Source of the DNA: Candidatus Levyibacteriota bacterium
GTDB lineage: Bacteria; Patescibacteriota; Microgenomatia; Levybacterales; UBA12049
Assembly: GCA_009695045.1 (NCBI GenBank)
Contig: SIBS01000002.1
Coordinates: 92,774-149,594 of the forward strand
Direction of reading: 5' to 3'
DNA: 56,821 nt
In this document: positions 50,604-56,821 of the stretch, piece by piece
How positions within the stretch are numbered: position 1 is the stretch's first letter
How the letters are laid out: every line of letters begins with the position of its first letter
Notes under the pieces: generated by a model
The model's database searches: none
What the model was told of the DNA's origin: nothing
The model's input: the letters and a program-made list of their open reading frames with translations, nothing else
Position numbers and translations under genes: made by a program

Positions 50604-51215
50604 ATGAAAACTATACAATTTATTACTATTTTATTATTTTTATTTCTAACAACATTTTCACATACATATGGAGAAGAAATACAGCCAAAAATAGTCAATG
50701 AGATAACAACGGATACTAAAAAAAATGATTATATACTTCCTTTTCCTGGCATGTTGCCAAATAATCCACTATATATATTAAAAGTAATCAGAGATAAATT
50801 TATAGAAAATCTTATTAGCGATCCAGAAATAAAAATAGCATTTCATCTCATGCAAGCAGATAAACAGATTGGAATGATAAATAATTTAATTAATGATAAT
50901 AATGTAAATCTTGCTATAAAAACTGCATTAAAAGCGGAGGATAATAATACAAAAATAACTATTATTTATAAATTTTCACACATCAAACCAACCCTAAAGA
51001 TGAAAGATGCCTTAATTTTATCTGCTAAAAAACATCAAGAAATTTTATCTGAAATTATAAAAAAAGTTAAAAATAATGATAAGAAAACTTTTAATCAAAT
51101 TATGGAATTTTCCAAAATAAATGAACAAGAGATAATTAGAATTTATAATTCATTTTCAATTAAAAGAACTGAAACAGAAAATCCTGTAGAAATCATAACT
51201 ACATCAAACCTATAG
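50604..51215 (+). CDS. Exported DUF5667-like protein
   Basis: Signal peptide; LPFPGMLPNNPLYILKVIRDK motif. Confidence 0.72.
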   Translation: MKTIQFITILLFLFLTTFSHTYGEEIQPKIVNEITTDTKKNDYILPFPGMLPNNPLYILKVIRDKFIENLISDPEIKIAFHLMQADKQIGMINNLINDNNVNLAIKTALKAEDNNTKITIIYKFSHIKPTLKMKDALILSAKKHQEILSEIIKKVKNNDKKTFNQIMEFSKINEQEIIRIYNSFSIKRTETENPVEIITTSNL

Positions 51216-51240
51216 CCTCGTCTCGTGATATAATACCAAT

Positions 51241-52218
51241 ATGTTAGTTGATGATGTAAATATTAGCGTAAAAGCTGGTAATGGTGGTAATGGGGCAATA
51301 TCTTTTTTGCGTAATGCTATAACATCCAAAGGGGGACCAGATGGTGGTAATGGTGGTAATGGGGCAGACGTATATTTTATAGGCATTAACGATATTACTG
51401 GGCTTCAGCAATTTCAATATAAAAAAGACATAAAAGGAGATCACGGAGTAGCTGGGGGCAAGAAAAACTTGTATGGTAAAAATGCAAAGACATTAATGGT
51501 AAAAGTACCAATTGGTACCCTAATTACTGACTTATCCACAAATACTACCTATGATATTCAAAATGAAGGACAAAAAATACTTATAGTAAAAGGTGGGAAG
51601 GGTGGAAGGGGAAATAATGAATTTAAAAGTGCTACCGTTCAAGCACCAAAATTTGCTGAGAAAGGGGAGAATGGAGAATTTAAAAAAATTAGACTCACTC
51701 TCAAACTCATAGCAGATGTTGGCCTAGTAGGATTACCAAATGCAGGAAAAAGTAGCCTACTTCAAAGTGTAACTAGAGCTAGTCCTAAAATAGGTAATTA
51801 TCCATTCACAACGCTTGAGCCAAATCTAGGAAGCATGGGTGGCATTATTCTTGCAGATATCCCGGGATTAATAGAAGGAGCATCTCATGGAAAAGGACTT
51901 GGCATACAATTTCTCAAACATATAGAAAAAACACAACTGCTTCTTCATTGCATTGATATATCAGAAAATAATATAATTGCATCTTACGAAATAGTAAATA
52001 AAGAATTTTCACAATATAATCAATTATTACTTCAAAAAGAAGAAATAATAGTTTTAACTAAGTCTGATTTAATAGAAGATAGTCAAGTAGAAATATTAAA
52101 AAAACAAATTGAAATAAAATTAAATAAAAAAGTTATCGTTACTTCTATAAAAAATCCATTATCAATCTCTTTACTTATAAAAACTGTTAAAGAAAAAGTT
52201 GAGTCTATTAAAGATTAA
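51241..52218 (+). CDS. obgE: GTPase Obg/CgtA
   Basis: Gly-rich Obg fold, GLPNAGKS, YPFTTL, DIPG, TKSD. Confidence 0.96.
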   Translation: MLVDDVNISVKAGNGGNGAISFLRNAITSKGGPDGGNGGNGADVYFIGINDITGLQQFQYKKDIKGDHGVAGGKKNLYGKNAKTLMVKVPIGTLITDLSTNTTYDIQNEGQKILIVKGGKGGRGNNEFKSATVQAPKFAEKGENGEFKKIRLTLKLIADVGLVGLPNAGKSSLLQSVTRASPKIGNYPFTTLEPNLGSMGGIILADIPGLIEGASHGKGLGIQFLKHIEKTQLLLHCIDISENNIIASYEIVNKEFSQYNQLLLQKEEIIVLTKSDLIEDSQVEILKKQIEIKLNKKVIVTSIKNPLSISLLIKTVKEKVESIKD

Positions 52219-52279
52219 TATTTAATTTTGTAAATTTATTCGATTTATTAACCTATTTATTATTTTAAAATAATTTGAT

Positions 52280-52876
52280 TTATTTCTGCAATATTTTACC
52301 TAAATAATGATTGACTATAATAGTTTCAGGTAGCTTTAATTCATCAATAGGTTTATCATTAATGCTCCAACACATATATTTATAATTAATATTAATACCT
52401 AATCTACCTGCTTCATCCAGCAGGAGCCAAAAACCTGTCTTACCTGTCATATCATATTGTATTTCTAATAAACCTGGCTTCAGACGAATTCTTTTTTTAT
52501 CTGTATCCAATGCATATTCACTAATTGATGATTCTAAACTTGTAGATATTAATCTTTTTGAACCGTTTTTTTTCAAATAATCTCCAACTTCAAATAATTT
52601 ATTTACTATATCTTTTTGTTGAATTAAATTTGAAGGATGCATATTTTCTCTTAAATAACTTGTGAGAATTGAATTATTTATTGTTTTTATTCCGGTATTT
52701 TTATCTATTTCTATAAATTTATCTTCCATATATTTTCCAAAAATACCTCTATCTAATGATGGACGACATAATAAAGACTCTCGAGCTCTATTAAATATAA
52801 ATTCTAATTCCATTAAGCTCTTTTCGGGAGTTAATTCATTACTTAATTCTGATTTTCTTATTTCTGCTGTAATCAT
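52280..52876 (-). CDS. Hypothetical protein
   Basis: 198-aa ORF, no recognised motif. Confidence 0.55.
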   Translation of the reverse strand: MITAEIRKSELSNELTPEKSLMELEFIFNRARESLLCRPSLDRGIFGKYMEDKFIEIDKNTGIKTINNSILTSYLRENMHPSNLIQQKDIVNKLFEVGDYLKKNGSKRLISTSLESSISEYALDTDKKRIRLKPGLLEIQYDMTGKTGFWLLLDEAGRLGININYKYMCWSINDKPIDELKLPETIIVNHYLGKILQK

Positions 52877-53067
52877 ATTTTTATTTACAATAATAATCTT
52901 TAATTATAATTTGAATAATAAATTAATCACACTAATTTAATTTTTTTAAATTAGTATAAATAAATTCTAATACCTAAATATTGCTTAGATATCTTATATT
53001 CTATATTTGAAATTGTTTGTAGATGATACCAACAAATCTTCGAAGATAATAAAGACAGTGAGTCTGT

Positions 53068-53096
53068 ATTTTATATTTATTTTATTATAAAGTCAA
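53068..53096 (-). promoter_or_regulatory. sigma70-type promoter
   Basis: TTGACT-17-TAAAAT on the minus strand. Confidence 0.55.
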
Positions 53097-53143
53097 GCAT
53101 AAATTAAATATAATATAAAGAATAATTAATAATAGATATAATT

Positions 53144-53908
53144 TTAAATTCCATTTCTATTTCTATATATTTTATTTAAAAAATTATCGAATTCCTTATT
53201 TGAGAATGGAGCATTCATAAATTCAGTATTAATTTCATATAAATCAATAAGATCGCTTATTTTACTATCTCTATATGCTTTTACATATTTATGATTTTTT
53301 CTTAAATAAAATTGTATTTTAAATTTAGAAAATTTACTTGGATAGTATTTTTTTAAATTATTGTATTTATTTAATTTATTTTGAAAATAATCATTATTTT
53401 TACAACGATCATCATTAATATCTGCATTGCCTAATGTTACTTCACCAAATATATCTATTAATGGATTTCCATCCTTGTCTTCCGAAAATAAAATATAGTC
53501 TGGTACGGGAAACTTATCATCATGAACATATCTATCGCCATGTTTGTTTTTAATTATTTCTAGATTTTTATCTGAATAAAATAATCTCATTACTGTTCTA
53601 AATATTAAGTCCTCATCTCCTAAAATTAATCCAGACTTATATTTTTTTTTAAGATCAAACACTATTAATTTTTCAAATAATTTACCTCTAAAAACTCTTG
53701 AATCATTATGATAACGTGAAAATAAATTTTCAAAAGAATTAGATCTCTTAAAATCATCAAAGAAAGATTTTTTTTCTAAAACTATCTCTCTAGTATCTAT
53801 TATTTTTGATTCATTTAAAATATTTTTTAAAAAATCTGCAACTGACATATTTTTGTCAGATTCATAGATAGATATTCCATTTCTTGGACCTATTTCTTTT
53901 GTAAACAT
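53144..53908 (-). CDS. Hypothetical protein, possible degenerate PD-(D/E)XK fold
   Basis: RGKLFE...VPDYILF...FGEVTLG pattern. Confidence 0.5.
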   Translation of the reverse strand: MFTKEIGPRNGISIYESDKNMSVADFLKNILNESKIIDTREIVLEKKSFFDDFKRSNSFENLFSRYHNDSRVFRGKLFEKLIVFDLKKKYKSGLILGDEDLIFRTVMRLFYSDKNLEIIKNKHGDRYVHDDKFPVPDYILFSEDKDGNPLIDIFGEVTLGNADINDDRCKNNDYFQNKLNKYNNLKKYYPSKFSKFKIQFYLRKNHKYVKAYRDSKISDLIDLYEINTEFMNAPFSNKEFDNFLNKIYRNRNGI

Positions 53909-54401
53909 ATAAGCGCTTTTTATATCCTATAATATATTTTATTGCAACTTATTATTTTATTCTGATGTTATATTTTTAAATGAAATTTTTAAAGATTTAT
54001 AATTAGTATGGAATATTAATTTTATTACTATACATAATAGAATTAACTATAAATTAAAAATCCATAAAATAATCTACCATAATATTCTGCTCAAATTTAA
54101 ATTTTAAAAAATATATTTAGTAAATAATTCTAAGTTTTTCTCAATCTAATTAGATAAGCTGATTAATAACTATATAGAAATATCATTAATGAACTATTTA
54201 TAATATTTCTTAAAACTTTTTTGTTATTTTATGGAAAAATATTGCGTTGTGTTAAGAAGGATTCCTGTTTTTACCAATCAACCATCACGCATTGATTTGT
54301 ATATGAGAAAGATCAAACGTTCTAGCCTGGATAAGTTAAGTGATGTAGTTACAGGTATTAAAGGACGTTTTAAAAGAAACTAATTACAAAGGAATTTTAA
54401 A

Positions 54402-54437
54402 TTGACAAGACTTAAATTAATGACTACACTATGTAGT
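54402..54437 (+). promoter_or_regulatory. Promoter with palindromic CopY/BlaI-like operator
   Basis: TTGACA-17-TACACT; ACTACA-CTA-TGTAGT (54423-54437) overlaps the -10. Confidence 0.65.
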
Positions 54438-54450
54438 AGATAGAGAAAAT

Positions 54451-55335
54451 ATGAATAAAAATATTGTTGTTGCTGTTATCGCACTTGTTCTAGTAGGAGT
54501 TGGAATTTACTTTTATACAAATTCCAAAAATATGTCTAATGAGCATGGAGAAGATACCACAGGGCAACCAGTAGCACAAAGTCATAGAGGATATGATATT
54601 GAGGTAACTTCAAATACTCAAAATATTCAGCCACAAAAATCAACGACCATTACTTATAAAATTAAAAACGATAAAGATGAAATCTTAAAAGACTTTGAGA
54701 TTGCTCACGAGAAGATTATGCACTTTATTCTCGTTAGAAAAGACTTACAACAATTTCAACATTTACACCCAGACTACAATGAATCAACTGGAGAATTTAA
54801 AGTTGATGTAACCTTCCCAACTGATGGTCCATATAGAATATTTCCAGACTTTACACCAGGTGAGGAAAATCCTCAAAAATTACCAGTTACAGTTTTTGAA
54901 GACATTAACGTAGGAAACATTAGTAAATACCAAGCTCAAGCAGTCACAGCTGATACACAAAGTAAGAAAACCTTTGAAGGATACGATATTACATTTACAG
55001 TCCCTGCAAGTCTAAAAAAACAGCAAGAATTAACTTACGAATTAACCATTCAACAAGGCGGAAAACCAGTTGCAAATTTACAATCTTATCTAGGAGCATT
55101 AGGTCATAGTGTAATCTTAAAAGAGGGAACTCTTGATTTTATTCATACTCACGCTTTAGAAGGAGATAATGCAGAACATGGTGGAGGTCATATGGAATCA
55201 TCAACAACTGCAAGCACTGGCCCAGATATTAAGTTTGCAACTACCTTTCCAGAATCTGGTAAATATAAAATCTTTACTCAATTTCAACATCAGGGAAAAG
55301 TACTTACCACAGACTACATAATTGATGTAAACTGA
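54451..55335 (+). CDS. Exported His-rich putative heavy-metal (copper)-binding protein
   Basis: N-terminal TM; HEKIMH..DLQQFQHLHP and YLGALGH..FIHTH repeated-domain motifs. Confidence 0.72.
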   Translation: MNKNIVVAVIALVLVGVGIYFYTNSKNMSNEHGEDTTGQPVAQSHRGYDIEVTSNTQNIQPQKSTTITYKIKNDKDEILKDFEIAHEKIMHFILVRKDLQQFQHLHPDYNESTGEFKVDVTFPTDGPYRIFPDFTPGEENPQKLPVTVFEDINVGNISKYQAQAVTADTQSKKTFEGYDITFTVPASLKKQQELTYELTIQQGGKPVANLQSYLGALGHSVILKEGTLDFIHTHALEGDNAEHGGGHMESSTTASTGPDIKFATTFPESGKYKIFTQFQHQGKVLTTDYIIDVN

Positions 55336-55341
55336 TGTTAG

Positions 55342-55741
55342 ATGGTTTCCAAGAAACTTAAAGTCATTCTTCTTTTAACACTTGGCCCTGGTATATCTTA
55401 ATGGCTTAGAAGAGATACTCTCGGGTTTTCAATTTGATGATCCATGGATGGTCTGGTTTGGCAATCTTTTTGAAACTAAGACAGAAGTTTTTTACTGGAC
55501 CTTCCATATCATGTGGTGGATTTTAGTGCCTGTTGCGGTATTTCTGCTGATTGGAGGCAGAAAAATGGTTTACACTTTATTAGCACTCTTTGGCCTAGTA
55601 TATTTTACCGAGATTCATCACACCCTTAAGGGATTACTGTCGGATGGGTATTATCCAGGCATGGTAACAAGCGTTATTTACCCTATCTTGGGTATATTTT
55701 ACTGGAGACAGTTATCAAAGGATTGGAAAAGGAATAATTAA
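55342..55741 (+). pseudogene. HXXEE-family membrane protein with a one-base frameshift
   Basis: MVSKKLKVILLLT (55342-55380), one extra base, then LALVYLNGLEE...; aligns without gaps to the downstream paralog. Confidence 0.7.
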
Positions 55742-55966
55742 ATGCTATCAAAAAAACTAAGAAATATTTTTATTATTTCAATACCGGTTTTTATTGCACA
55801 CGGTTTGGAGGAGTATTTTACTAATTTTTACAACCTAGACTCATTCTCAAGATTTGCGTTTGCTCCATTTGATAATATGACTGTGCCTCAAGCAACTTTT
55901 CTGCTTTTTCAGATAATGATTTGGATTTTGCTCATTACTTCTGCTCTTTTGATACTGGGTGGCTGA
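55742..55966 (+). pseudogene. HXXEE-family membrane protein truncated at the tRNA-His 3' end
   Basis: HGLEE motif; ends ILGG* inside the antisense tRNA, whereas the paralog continues about 60 aa after LIGG. Confidence 0.72.
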
Positions 55967-56030
55967 CGGGATTCGAACCCGCGACGACTAGCTCCACAAG
56001 CTAGTGCTCTACCACTGAGCTACAACCACC
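55958..56030 (-). tRNA. tRNA-His(GTG), G-1 encoded
   Basis: GTGGTTG/CAGCCAC acceptor stem, C discriminator, CTAGC-TTGTGGA-GCTAG. Confidence 0.95.
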
Positions 56031-56158
56031 ATGAATTCCACAAAAAGTATAACATAATAGGCACAATTCATCAAATAACAACGAGGGAAATTAAAGATTG
56101 AATAAAAATATCATAAATAGACATTTTTAATTACAAAAAGAGTATTTTATTATACTTG

Positions 56159-56231
56159 TGCGCCTGACAGGAATCGAACCTGTAACCTACTCCTTAGAAG
56201 GGAGTTGCTCTATCCGTTGAGCTACAAGCGC
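56159..56231 (-). tRNA. tRNA-Arg(TCT)
   Basis: GCGCTTG/CAGGCGC acceptor stem, ACTCC-CTTCTAA-GGAGT. Confidence 0.95.
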
Positions 56232-56298
56232 ATGAATTACATATCTAATATTTCTTTTAAAGAAAAACGTAAATATTGAGATTTTTTTTATTTCTTAG

Positions 56299-56369
56299 AG
56301 CGGGTGAAGAGAATCGAACTCTCGTGACAACTTTGGAAAAGTTGCGTTCTACCATTGAACTACACCCGC
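56299..56369 (-). tRNA. tRNA-Gly(TCC)
   Basis: GCGGGTG/CACCCGC acceptor stem, CAACT-TTTCCAA-AGTTG. Confidence 0.95.
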
Positions 56370-56673
56370 ATACGTGAAGTAATTATACTAAAATTTCAAT
56401 TTTTACTCAAGGATATGAAGATTTAATTATTGACCTTATATTTTTATTTATTTTATTAATATATTTTCTAAAAAATTTTTGTAATTTTAATACTACTATA
56501 AATATGTAGCATAATTAATCTCTATTTTTATTAGAATTTTTAACTAAATAAAATTTATATAAAAATATCAATTATAAAAATCTTCTTGAATTTTGTCATT
56601 GATGGGGAAGATGCACCACGTAATCAATTCTACCATTACCAACAGGTACAAAAAACTGCAATTTCGTATCTTG

Positions 56674-56747
<74 letters not shown>

Positions 56748-56792
56748 TAATAATTGAGACTATTTATTTTTTCTTTTATTTCAATTTTATTG

Positions 56793-56821
56793 TGCCGAGG
56801 AAGAGACTCGAACTCTTATGT
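56793..56821 (-). tRNA. 3' end of a tRNA cut by the window edge (probably Leu)
   Basis: T-arm AAGAG-TTCGAGT-CTCTT followed by CCTCGGC-A; anticodon not visible. Confidence 0.75.

Noticed and set aside
51276..51366. Repeated GGTAATGGTGGTAATGGGGCA in obg
   Set aside because: Encodes the normal Gly-rich repeats of the Obg fold
727..52940. Numerous 60-125 aa ORFs antisense to or nested in larger genes (e.g. 727-1035, 13053-13379, 22753-23127, 44830-45207, 52662-52940)
   Set aside because: They shadow well-supported genes and carry no recognisable motifs
54241..54265. Possible second att copy of the tRNA-His 3' end at the islet's left edge
   Set aside because: Similarity is limited to GGATTC, too weak to support
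56581..56673. GC-richer stretch after tRNA-Pro containing a TTCGTA half-site
   Set aside because: Single half-site with no supportable ORF or structure; possibly an integration scar but uninterpretable

Overview
A 56.8-kb, very AT-rich bacterial chromosomal window using the standard genetic code. The gene content (short UvrC, DUF5667-like protein, transglutaminase next to uvrC, GT-C enzymes, truncated core proteins) resembles Patescibacteria/CPR, probably Microgenomates; this taxonomy is inferred. Most of the window is housekeeping: pyrG, rplS, uvrABC, lexA, rsmI, an acs-gpm-eno-pps-sugar-phosphate cluster, holA, hflX, pyk, secG, yvcK, rnhB, rarA, obg and 10 tRNA genes (one partial). No CRISPR array or rRNA was seen. 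The best candidate for a novel system is a dispersed SOS mutagenesis module. A TTCG-N7-TTCGTATA direct repeat lies in the lexA promoter and again in the promoter of a remote 84-aa orphan. A variant lies in front of a Y-family polymerase whose catalytic N-terminus has no ATG/GTG/TTG start. Other signals: a pervasive leaderless-gene architecture, an invariant C (usually CA) after tRNA discriminators, a metal/HXXEE islet fused into the tRNA-His 3' end, and a catalytically truncated IS1595 gene with an intact promoter.
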